From: Eubacteriales bacterium
Lineage (GTDB): Bacteria > Bacillota > Clostridia > Oscillospirales > CAG-272
Assembly: GCA_041655935.1 (NCBI GenBank)
Contig: JBBAEK010000005.1
Span: 3,034-67,033 of the forward strand
Reading direction: 5' to 3'
DNA: 64,000 nt
Below the pieces are notes generated by a model. The model saw only the letters and a program-made list of their open reading frames with translations, did no database searches and was not told the DNA's origin. Positions within the stretch are counted from its first letter, which is position 1; each line of letters opens with the position of its first letter. The translations under genes and the position numbers were made by a program. Positions 55,563-63,023 of the stretch are shown piece by piece.

Positions 55563-56693
55563 TCACGAGAGCATAAAATCCCCGAACACCGACCGGAAGT
55601 GTTCGAGGCAGTAGGCATAGGAGAATCGCGGGTCACGCGCGCGCAACAGGTGGTTGCTGTATGCCAGCGTTTCGGTGTATTCGGAGAATGGGTAGACGGT
55701 GATACCACCGTATCCCCCCGCCAGTTGCGTCACCAGCGGGATCACCCCCGCCGTCTCGATGCGCACTCGGCCGTCCCTGCCTCGGACCAGACTCACTTTG
55801 GCCATCCCGCCCAGGCTGCGGTTGCTCACCCCGGGCAGAAAGACCGAGGCGGAGTTGACAAAGTTCCCGAGTGAGTAGTAGACCAACATGCGCTGCCCCC
55901 GCTCACTCTCCCACCACTCCACCGGCTGGATGACATGGGGGTGCGTGCCGATGACCAGGTCTACCCCGCAGTCGAGAAACACCTCACACAGCCGCCGCTG
56001 TTCGTTGGAGGGGGTGTGGCTGTATTCGGTGCCCCAGTGAGGGCAGAGGATCACAAAATCGGCCAGCTCTTTGGCACGTGCCACGTCCGCCCGCACCGTT
56101 CCCTCGTCCAGCACCCGGACTAGGTAGGGTGAGTCGGGGGGCAAGGGCACACCCCCCGTCCCGTAAGTATAATTCAACACGGCGACCCGGATGCCCTTTC
56201 GCTCGACCACGCAGACCTGCGCCGCCTCCTCCGCCGACCCCGCGCTGCCCACCAGGTAAATGTTCGGATGCTTTTGCCGCCAGTAACGCCGACAGGCAAG
56301 CACACCCTCTTTGCCCTTGTCCAGGGTGTGGTTGGTGGCTTGGAGCACGACCGTAAAGCCGGCGCCCGCGATGGCGTCGGCCACCTCAAAGGGCGCGTTG
56401 AAGCACGGGTACCCGGACAGCCCCATCGCCTCTCCGCACAGGGGCGTTTCCTGGTTGATGATGGCGATGTCCGCCTCTTTGATCCCCGAGCGCACATGGG
56501 AAAACAAGTGGTCGAAACAGTAGCCCCCCTCGGGCTTGTGACCGCTCATCTGGACAAAGGTATGCATCAGCAGGTCTCCCACCATGACCACCGACACCCG
56601 CTCTTCGGGCATCCCTACGGGCAGGCAGGCGGCAGGGAGGGCGTGGAGGGAAACCAAGAGGGCAAGCAACAGACTCTTTACTTTGATCATCAT
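55563..56693 (-). CDS. CapA/PGA_cap family metallophosphatase-like protein (secreted or lipid-anchored)
   Basis: Signal peptide, then VSVVMVGDLLMH... and GTHPHVIQP motifs. Confidence 0.7.
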   Translation of the reverse strand: MMIKVKSLLLALLVSLHALPAACLPVGMPEERVSVVMVGDLLMHTFVQMSGHKPEGGYCFDHLFSHVRSGIKEADIAIINQETPLCGEAMGLSGYPCFNAPFEVADAIAGAGFTVVLQATNHTLDKGKEGVLACRRYWRQKHPNIYLVGSAGSAEEAAQVCVVERKGIRVAVLNYTYGTGGVPLPPDSPYLVRVLDEGTVRADVARAKELADFVILCPHWGTEYSHTPSNEQRRLCEVFLDCGVDLVIGTHPHVIQPVEWWESERGQRMLVYYSLGNFVNSASVFLPGVSNRSLGGMAKVSLVRGRDGRVRIETAGVIPLVTQLAGGYGGITVYPFSEYTETLAYSNHLLRARDPRFSYAYCLEHFRSVFGDFMLS

Positions 56694-56852
56694 GTGTGAG
56701 GCGGCCTCAGCAAATACTTGATACGTTCATTGTGGTGCGCCACACCGCTTTTATACTCTCAAAAATATTCCTACCAAGCCAAAACGGTTTTTTCCGCAAC
56801 AGTCCTGCCGCACGGGCAAACCAAGCAGAAAGGGAAGGGCACGGGACATAGG

Positions 56853-58061
56853 ATGATACTGATACACGTTGACATGGACATGTTTTTCGCCGCGGTGGAG
56901 ATTCGCGACAACCCCGCCCTTGCGGGCAAGCCGCTCATCATCGGCGCCCTGCCCGGTGAGCGGGGGGTGGTTTCCACCTGCAGCTATGAGGCGCGCCGGT
57001 ACGGTGTGCATTCCGCCATGAGCATCAGCGAGGCGTACCGCCTCTGTCCGCACGGGGTGTTCCTGCGTCCCGGCTTCGATAAATATGTGGCGGCCTCCCG
57101 TAGCATCCACCGCATCTGGGAGGAGTATACCGACCAGATCGAGTATATTTCGCTCGACGAGGGCTTTTTGGACGTCACCGGGTCGCTGGCGTTGTTTGGC
57201 GGGGCAGAGAAGATCGGGCGGGAGATTCAGGAGCGGATCAGGACCGAGGTCGGACTCCCCTGCTCGGTCGGCATCGGCTACTGCATGATGGCGGCGAAAC
57301 TGGCCAGCGAGGAGAAAAAGCCGGGCGGCTTTTTTCAGATCCTCACCCCCGAGGCACTGCGCGAGTTGATTATTGACCGCAGTATCCGGGTTATCTATGG
57401 CATCGGACAGCAAAGCGAGTCCGAGCTGAACCGTTTGGGCATCTACACGGTACGCGACTTATTGGCTCATCAGGAGGCCATTATCCAGGCACTCGGCCCG
57501 CACGGCAGGCAGCTGGTTGATTTGGCAAACGGCATCGACCCCCGTGTGGTCTCCGTTCCCGCAAAAGCCCAGTCATTGGGCAAGGAGATCACCTTCCAGC
57601 GGGATGTCACCGACCGCACCTATCTGCAGGACGTGCTGCGCCTCATCGCGCGCGAACTCAGCTTTCAGATCAGGCTGGACGGCGCTTTTTGCAGAACCGT
57701 TACGCTCAAGATCACTTTTTGGGACATGAAGAAAGTCACCCGCTCCCGCACCACCGACCCCATCCAGCGGGCAGTCGATATTTACCGGATTGCCACCGAA
57801 CTGCTCGAGAAAATCGAGCGCCACCCCATCCGCCTGGTTGGGATCAGCCTCAGCGGCTTTACCGGCGCCCCCCTCCGGCAGCTCTCCCTGTTTGACGATG
57901 AGACAGAGTCGCAGAAGTCGGACAAGCTGGACGGGGTCACCATGCGCCTGCAGCGCCGGTACGGGATGGACATTGTTAAGTCCGGCAGCGAAATGATGGC
58001 GGAAAGGCGCCTCCACCCCGACCTCGCCGCCGACCCCGCCCCCCCCCCCCACGATGAATAG
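56853..58061 (+). CDS. dinB: DNA polymerase IV
   Basis: MILIHVDMDMFFAAVEIRDNP...SIDEGFLDVTG... Y-family motifs. The start at 56853 is within the longer track ORF. Confidence 0.9.
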   Translation: MILIHVDMDMFFAAVEIRDNPALAGKPLIIGALPGERGVVSTCSYEARRYGVHSAMSISEAYRLCPHGVFLRPGFDKYVAASRSIHRIWEEYTDQIEYISLDEGFLDVTGSLALFGGAEKIGREIQERIRTEVGLPCSVGIGYCMMAAKLASEEKKPGGFFQILTPEALRELIIDRSIRVIYGIGQQSESELNRLGIYTVRDLLAHQEAIIQALGPHGRQLVDLANGIDPRVVSVPAKAQSLGKEITFQRDVTDRTYLQDVLRLIARELSFQIRLDGAFCRTVTLKITFWDMKKVTRSRTTDPIQRAVDIYRIATELLEKIERHPIRLVGISLSGFTGAPLRQLSLFDDETESQKSDKLDGVTMRLQRRYGMDIVKSGSEMMAERRLHPDLAADPAPPPHDE

Positions 58062-58500
58062 CACACCTTCTGCAAAGTCCGGGCGGCACACACGCAACAG
58101 AGTCGCATGACACACGGATAAGTTGCCGCCCAAAAACTCAAGCGGCTTTCGAGCGAGTATGCGAGCCTTGAGTAGGCATACAACCGCATACAGCGCGAGG
58201 GTGCGCGCAGAGGAGCTTGACCGGCTCTGGGATTGCATGGAGGACCTGGAGGAGGAGCTGGACGACGTCGAGGAGGAGATGGAGGATGCGGAAGACGGGC
58301 CTGAAGCGGAGGCTGCCCCCGAGTGGAGCCGGCAGCTTGTCGCCAAGCTGCTCGGCCTGAAAGACTGGCTGGGGAAACTTGGCCATCTGTTCCAGTGCCG
58401 TTTTGCCGGCAAGCACTGTACGGATGACCCCCACCCACCGCCGTCGGGGCGGATCTCCCCCCCAGCCATTGCCCCCACCCGACAGGGCGGATTCAACCCA

Positions 58501-58531
58501 AAAAGCACTTGCTTTCGCAAGTGCTTTTTTT
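58501..58531 (+). terminator. intrinsic terminator / left copy of the island-flanking palindrome
   Basis: AAAAGCACTTGC-tttc-GCAAGTGCTTTT followed by TTT. Confidence 0.65.
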
Positions 58532-58679
58532 GGCGGAGCCTTGTTTCTTTCAGTAAGTGTCCGCTATGCCCCAAATGACATGCCACATCCCTGCTCCCAT
58601 ATTCAGCGCAGCCGACATCATTTTGCCGCAGGCAAACATCATTGATGCGAGCATCACATCATTTTTCCGAAGGAGAACA

Positions 58680-59783
58680 TCACTTGGGATTTTTCAGGTC
58701 TTCCTTTAGCCCATCAAGCAATTTTTCAATGAACTGATGGTCTACCGTATACCTGTATTTGTTGTCTGTTCGGTCCAGTTTCACGATCTTAGCCTGTAAA
58801 AGATTGTTGACATGATAGGATATTGTGGCGCCGGACACACCGGTGGCGAGGGCTATTTCCTTCATCGAGCTGACCCCCGAGGCGATCAGCCGCAACACAT
58901 CGTATCTGGTCTTGTCTCCCAAATTTTTAAATACTCTGACCCGCTCATTGACCTTATTTTCATTTTCTTCTTTGGTTCTTTTGAAGCCTTCTTCCACCCG
59001 CAGGCCCCAGGCAATGAAAGGAGACGGGCCCGCATCCAAAATGGAAATGGCAAACTGATGCATGGCAGAAATGAAAAGGCGGTTTTTTTCATGGCTGATG
59101 ATGTTCGCATCCAGTATGGAACAGGTGAGCTCCTCTAATCCTTTTGCACCGTTTTGGTTCAGAAACGCTTCCAGATACCGTCCGTATCTGCTGACTTCCC
59201 GCTCAAAAGGCTCATAGACCTCTGCAAATATCGGGAGCATGCTCCTCATCAGCTCCACATACATTTTCATATATTTGACGGGCTCCTCAACAATTAAAAA
59301 CAAATTCCATTTGGACGCCGCCTCAGTCGGCAACTCCTTGATGACGGCGAGCAGCTCCCCTTTGTTTTCGGTCAGGGACTCTGCCTTCCGCATGATGGCG
59401 TCCGAATACTCCGGCGTGTTTTCATGAATTGACAGGAGGGAGTACGCAATACTTCTGTGGATCTCCTTGCCACTCAACTCCAGCAGCCTATCGAGGTATT
59501 GTTTTTCGGTTTGATATCCGACAATGGTGTGAAGTTTGGATATCAGACCGATCAAGTCATAGTCCCCCAGGAAATTTTCCATATAAAAAAGGTCAATCTC
59601 TTTTTGATACGGTTTTAATTTCGTTTCCGTTCTGCTGACAAACTCCATATAATCGGTAAAAGCGGGCACCTTGCGGTCTTCCTCTTCCTTGGACTCTTCG
59701 AAATGTCGCCTCGCATACACCATGGCTGGAAACTCTAAAAAGTCATACAGTCTGCTTTCTGTCGGATAGAATTTAAATTTCAT
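58680..59783 (-). CDS. ArsR/SmtB-type winged-helix regulator with ~280-aa N-terminal extension
   Basis: C-terminus LGDKTRYDVLRLIASGVSSMKEIALATGVSGATISYHVNNLLQAKIV (ArsR HTH). The N-terminal domain is unrecognised. The gene is AT-rich relative to its neighbours. Confidence 0.7.
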   Translation of the reverse strand: MKFKFYPTESRLYDFLEFPAMVYARRHFEESKEEEDRKVPAFTDYMEFVSRTETKLKPYQKEIDLFYMENFLGDYDLIGLISKLHTIVGYQTEKQYLDRLLELSGKEIHRSIAYSLLSIHENTPEYSDAIMRKAESLTENKGELLAVIKELPTEAASKWNLFLIVEEPVKYMKMYVELMRSMLPIFAEVYEPFEREVSRYGRYLEAFLNQNGAKGLEELTCSILDANIISHEKNRLFISAMHQFAISILDAGPSPFIAWGLRVEEGFKRTKEENENKVNERVRVFKNLGDKTRYDVLRLIASGVSSMKEIALATGVSGATISYHVNNLLQAKIVKLDRTDNKYRYTVDHQFIEKLLDGLKEDLKNPK

Positions 59784-61071
59784 GTTGAAGCTCCCCCTGT
59801 GCCGCCGGCTCCGTCTGCTCTGTCAGATCATAGCCGATCAGCGCCTTCTTATAAACCGAAATGACCGCTATCAACACCACCGCGCACAGGACGACCACCA
59901 GACTCGGCGCTATCGCATCCAATAAAAGCCCGAAAATCATCTGCCCGAGCGGAATAAAGACGGTCACTGCCAGATTATATACCGTGGAGGTTCTCCCCAT
60001 GGCTTCCAGGGGCACCACCTGACTAAATAGGGTATTCAAAGCGATATTCGTCACCGTCACCACCAACCCCACGCAAAAGGACAGTACCAGCAGGCCCATA
60101 AACGATACCATATTGGTGCCAAGGTCAAACATGATATACTTCAAAGTGAATATGGACATCAAAAGCATCAGCGCGGCCACAATCACAAAGCTGCCATAGG
60201 TCAGTATCCCGACCTTGACCTTCTTGATGATTCTCCCACACAGCAATGGCGCGACAATCATGGACACCGACAGCACCACCTGATAGGCGCCGAACCAGAT
60301 ATCCTCTACCAGTAATACTTCTTTGATGATATAGATGAGCCCGATGGTGAAAAGGGGCGCCACGGAGAAGTTGATAAGCGTTCCCAGCCCGATCATGGTA
60401 GAAATCAGTTTGTTTCTTTTGATGATTTTGACCCCTTCAAATAAATCGGTCCGAAAGGCTTTGAAACTGATTTTTTCGGGTTGCTTGTGCGACTTCGGTA
60501 TATTGATCCATATTTCGCTGACAGCCGACAGGGCAAAGCTGACAGCACAGACGCTCAAGATTAATTTCATCCCCCAATAACTATACAGAAAAGCGGCGAT
60601 GATCGGCGCCAGTGTATTTCCGATATTCATGACCAGTGAATTCAGGGAATTGGCGGCCATCAACTCCTCTTTTTTGACCAAACTGGGCAAAACAGCCGAC
60701 ATGGCGGAGCCGAAAAATATCTCCGTAATCTCTAATATGATCACCAGCATATAGATCAACGCAATCGTCAGACTGCCCTTGAAGATGAATACGACGGCAA
60801 ATGCCGCGATGACCAGGGCATTGACAAAGTCGAGCAGCACAATGGTCGTTTTCCGATCAAACCAGTCACCGAACACCCCGGCGACGGGGGAAAACAGCAG
60901 CCTGGGGAGCATCGATATGGATAGCATAGATGCGAAAATGGCGGCCGAGCCGGTCATTGCCAGTACATACAACGACAAGGCAAACTGCAGCATATTACTG
61001 CCCAGCAGGGAAACCAGTTTCCCCACGATCAGCAAAGAAAAATCCTTCTGTCTCAAAAGCTTCAGATCCAT
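59773..61071 (-). CDS. MFS transporter (12 TM, EntS/MFS_3-like)
   Basis: MDLKLLRQKDFSLLIVGKLVSLLGSNM...AGVFGDWFDRK. The stop overlaps the ArsR-like start. AT-rich. Confidence 0.8.
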   Translation of the reverse strand: MDLKLLRQKDFSLLIVGKLVSLLGSNMLQFALSLYVLAMTGSAAIFASMLSISMLPRLLFSPVAGVFGDWFDRKTTIVLLDFVNALVIAAFAVVFIFKGSLTIALIYMLVIILEITEIFFGSAMSAVLPSLVKKEELMAANSLNSLVMNIGNTLAPIIAAFLYSYWGMKLILSVCAVSFALSAVSEIWINIPKSHKQPEKISFKAFRTDLFEGVKIIKRNKLISTMIGLGTLINFSVAPLFTIGLIYIIKEVLLVEDIWFGAYQVVLSVSMIVAPLLCGRIIKKVKVGILTYGSFVIVAALMLLMSIFTLKYIMFDLGTNMVSFMGLLVLSFCVGLVVTVTNIALNTLFSQVVPLEAMGRTSTVYNLAVTVFIPLGQMIFGLLLDAIAPSLVVVLCAVVLIAVISVYKKALIGYDLTEQTEPAAQGELQHEI

Positions 61072-61101
61072 GTAGGCACCTTCATGATTTTAGTTGCCTC
61101 T

Positions 61102-61130
61102 ATCATATTACAATGTTCATCTAATGTCAA
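61102..61130 (-). promoter_or_regulatory. minus-strand promoter of MFS/ArsR operon (TTGACA-17-TATGAT)
   Basis: The reverse complement of 61125-61130 is TTGACA, and of 61102-61107 is TATGAT, with a 17-nt spacer. Confidence 0.55.
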
Positions 61131-61146
61131 TATCTAAATTAGATAT
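61130..61146. promoter_or_regulatory. 17-bp perfect palindrome ATATCTAA-A-TTAGATAT abutting the -35 box (putative operator)
   Basis: Seen directly. Flanking ATCTAAT half-site copies occur at 61120-26 and 61150-56. Confidence 0.5.
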
Positions 61147-61350
61147 TTATCTAATCTTTATATACTTATCTGCTTCACGCGGCCAAAAAGGCGACCATTA
61201 CAGAACTCAACAATCACATTCATTTTCGTTTTCACATTGATTATATGATAGCCGGCAAAAATGCGGCTCTTTGCCCAAGAAAACGGCACACCCTTCAAGA
61301 TACGCAATGTATCCAATCAGGTGTGCAGTGATGGTTTGGAAAGAAAACAA

Positions 61351-61993
61351 GTGAGATATCCGGCACTGCCGGATGTGAAACCAATGGCTTTGCCATTGGT
61401 GACATCGAAAACGCAGGCGTTTCCGGTGAAATAAAATCCACCCACCCGCCGTCGAGGCGGATTTCACCCAACGAAGTTGGATTTCACCGCGCAGCGATTT
61501 CACCCACCCGATAGGGTGGATTTAGTTGAAACAAGCACTTGCTTTTTTGCGGGAAAAGGAAAACGAGTGAAATATCCGGCTTGCGCCGGATGTGAAATAA
61601 TTCGCTTCGCGAATTGTGAAATATTGCTCCTTCGTCGCAATGTGAAATTAAATCCACCCACCCGCCGTCGAGGCGGATTTCACCCAACGAAGTTGGATTT
61701 CACCGCGCAGCGATTTCACCCACCCGATAGGGTGGATTTAGTTGAAACAAGCACTTGCTTTTTTGCGGGAAAAGGAAAACGAGTGAAATATCCGGCTTGC
61801 GCCGGATGTGAAATAATTCGCTTCGCGAATTGTGAAATATTGCTCCTTCGTCGCAATGTGAAATTAAATCCACCCACCGCCGCAGCGATTTCACTGCGCG
61901 TCAGCGCAATTTCACACGCCGCAGGCGTATTTCACCCACCCGATAGGGTGGATTTAGTTGAAACAAGCACTTGCTTTCGCAAGTGCTTGTTTC
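61351..61993. repeat. 216-bp-period tandem array of heptamer-spaced GC hairpins (three ~175-nt modules)
   Basis: Copies at 61426-61641 and 61642-61857 differ at one base. Diverged partial copies lie at 61351-61425 and 61858-61993. See findings. Confidence 0.9.
61960..61993 (-). terminator. perfect 15-bp-stem hairpin directly after tRNA-Tyr (no U-tract on the minus strand)
   Basis: GAAACAAGCACTTGC-tttc-GCAAGTGCTTGTTTC. It abuts the tRNA CCA end at 61994. Confidence 0.45.
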
Positions 61994-62078
61994 TGGTGGG
62001 GGAAGGTGGATTCGGACCACCGAAGTCAGTGACAACAGATTTACAGTCTGCCCCCTTTGGCCGCTCGGGAATTCCCCC
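61994..62078 (-). tRNA. tRNA-Tyr (GUA), class II with long variable arm, CCA encoded
   Basis: Reverse complement: GGGGGAA-UU-CCCGAGCGGCCAAAGGG-G-GCAGA-CUGUAAA-UCUGU-variable arm-GGUGG-UCCGAAU-CCACC-UUCCCCC-ACCA. Confidence 0.85.
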
Positions 62079-62081
62079 CTA

Positions 62082-62156
62082 TGGAGCTGGTGATCGGAGT
62101 CGAACCAACAACCTGCTGATTACAAATCAGCTGCTCTGCCATTGAGCCACACCAGC
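62082..62156 (-). tRNA. tRNA-Thr (UGU), CCA encoded
   Basis: Reverse complement: GCUGGUG-UG-GCUC-AAUGGCA-GAGC-A-GCUGA-UUUGUAA-UCAGC-AGGUU-GUUGG-UUCGACU-CCGAU-CACCAGC-UCCA. Confidence 0.85.
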
Positions 62157-62191
62157 ATGTGTTGCTTTCCGATTTGCTTTGCAGTATTAGG

Positions 62192-62220
62192 ATTATAGCA
62201 TAGCCCAAAGGGTTTGTCAA
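62192..62220 (-). promoter_or_regulatory. consensus promoter of the tRNA operon (TTGACA-17-TATAAT)
   Basis: The reverse complement of 62215-62220 is TTGACA, and of 62192-62197 is TATAAT, with a 17-nt spacer. It lies ~35 nt upstream of tRNA-Thr. Confidence 0.7.
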
Positions 62221-62434
62221 CAGCTTTTTCACTTTTTCGTTGAAAACCACGAAAGAGAAAGGGCGGCAAACATTGCCTCCCGCAGGCCCATGATGACCTC
62301 TTTGCTCAAACGGTCCCCCCGGCACCGCCCCCCGCCCGCACCGTCAAAAATTCGCCTTTTGTTGACAAGTGGGAGGGCTTTGGGCTATAATGGGGATACA
62401 GGCCGACGCCTGCAAAAAAGTGCTGGAGAGCGGT

Positions 62435-62962
62435 ATGAAAAAAACTGTGTTGGTCATCAACGGTGCCGGGGGTGTGGGCAAAGATACCCTGTGCCACTTT
62501 GCCGCCCGCCACTTTGCCGTGCGCAACATTTCTTCCATCACGCCCATCAAGAAGCTGGCGAGCCAGTGCGGCTGGAACGGGGAGAAAACCGATGCCGCCC
62601 GCAAGTTTTTGTCCGATCTCAAAAAAGCCGCCATTGAGTATAATGACTATCCCTTACAGTGGGTCATGAACCGGTACCGTGCTTTTATGGCGTCCGACGA
62701 CCTCATTTTATTCGTCCACATCCGCGAACCGGAGGAAATCGAAAAGTTTGTCCGCGCCACGGGCGGCCATGCCCGCACCCTCTTGGTGCAGGGGAACCAC
62801 GCCAAGGCACGGCAGGCGGCGTTCGGCAACCCGTCCGACGACCGGGTGGAGGACTATCCGTATGACTACTACTATGAAAACAACACCCCTCTGCACGAGG
62901 CCGAGCCGCACTTTGTCCGTTTCATCAAGGACATCCTCCGAAATGAGGCCGACAGACCATAG
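62435..62962 (+). CDS. P-loop NTPase / nucleotide-kinase-like protein
   Basis: MKKTVLVINGAGGVGKDTL Walker A. ~175 aa. GGAGAG RBS before the ATG at 62435. Confidence 0.55.
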   Translation: MKKTVLVINGAGGVGKDTLCHFAARHFAVRNISSITPIKKLASQCGWNGEKTDAARKFLSDLKKAAIEYNDYPLQWVMNRYRAFMASDDLILFVHIREPEEIEKFVRATGGHARTLLVQGNHAKARQAAFGNPSDDRVEDYPYDYYYENNTPLHEAEPHFVRFIKDILRNEADRP

Positions 62963-63023
62963 CCCCACCACTAAAACAGCGCCCGAGCCGCCATGCCGCT
63001 CAGGCGCTGTTTTGTAGCAGGAC

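Noticed and set aside
58123-58578. 151-aa plus-strand ORF with an acidic coiled-coil-like centre (LDRLWDCMEDLEEELDDVEEEMEDAEDG).
   Set aside because: Its 3' third runs through the island-flanking repeat and the terminator hairpin (58474-58531), and I see no convincing RBS. A shorter real gene cannot be excluded, but I cannot support it. The overlapping 337-aa minus ORF (57573-58586) is antisense to dinB and was also rejected.
61351-61993. Possible CRISPR array.
   Set aside because: The conserved unit is only 7 nt. The intervening 16-19-nt segments are palindromes rather than unique spacers. The heptamer changes orientation mid-array, and no cas genes or leader are present.
61477-62145. 222-aa plus-strand ORF with an internal perfect repeat (…RFHPPDRVDLVETSTCFFAGKGKRVKYPACAGCEIIRFANCEILLLRRNVKLNPPT… twice).
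   Set aside because: It is simply the translation of the 216-bp tandem DNA repeat, and it continues through both tRNA genes. It has no RBS and its composition is not protein-like.
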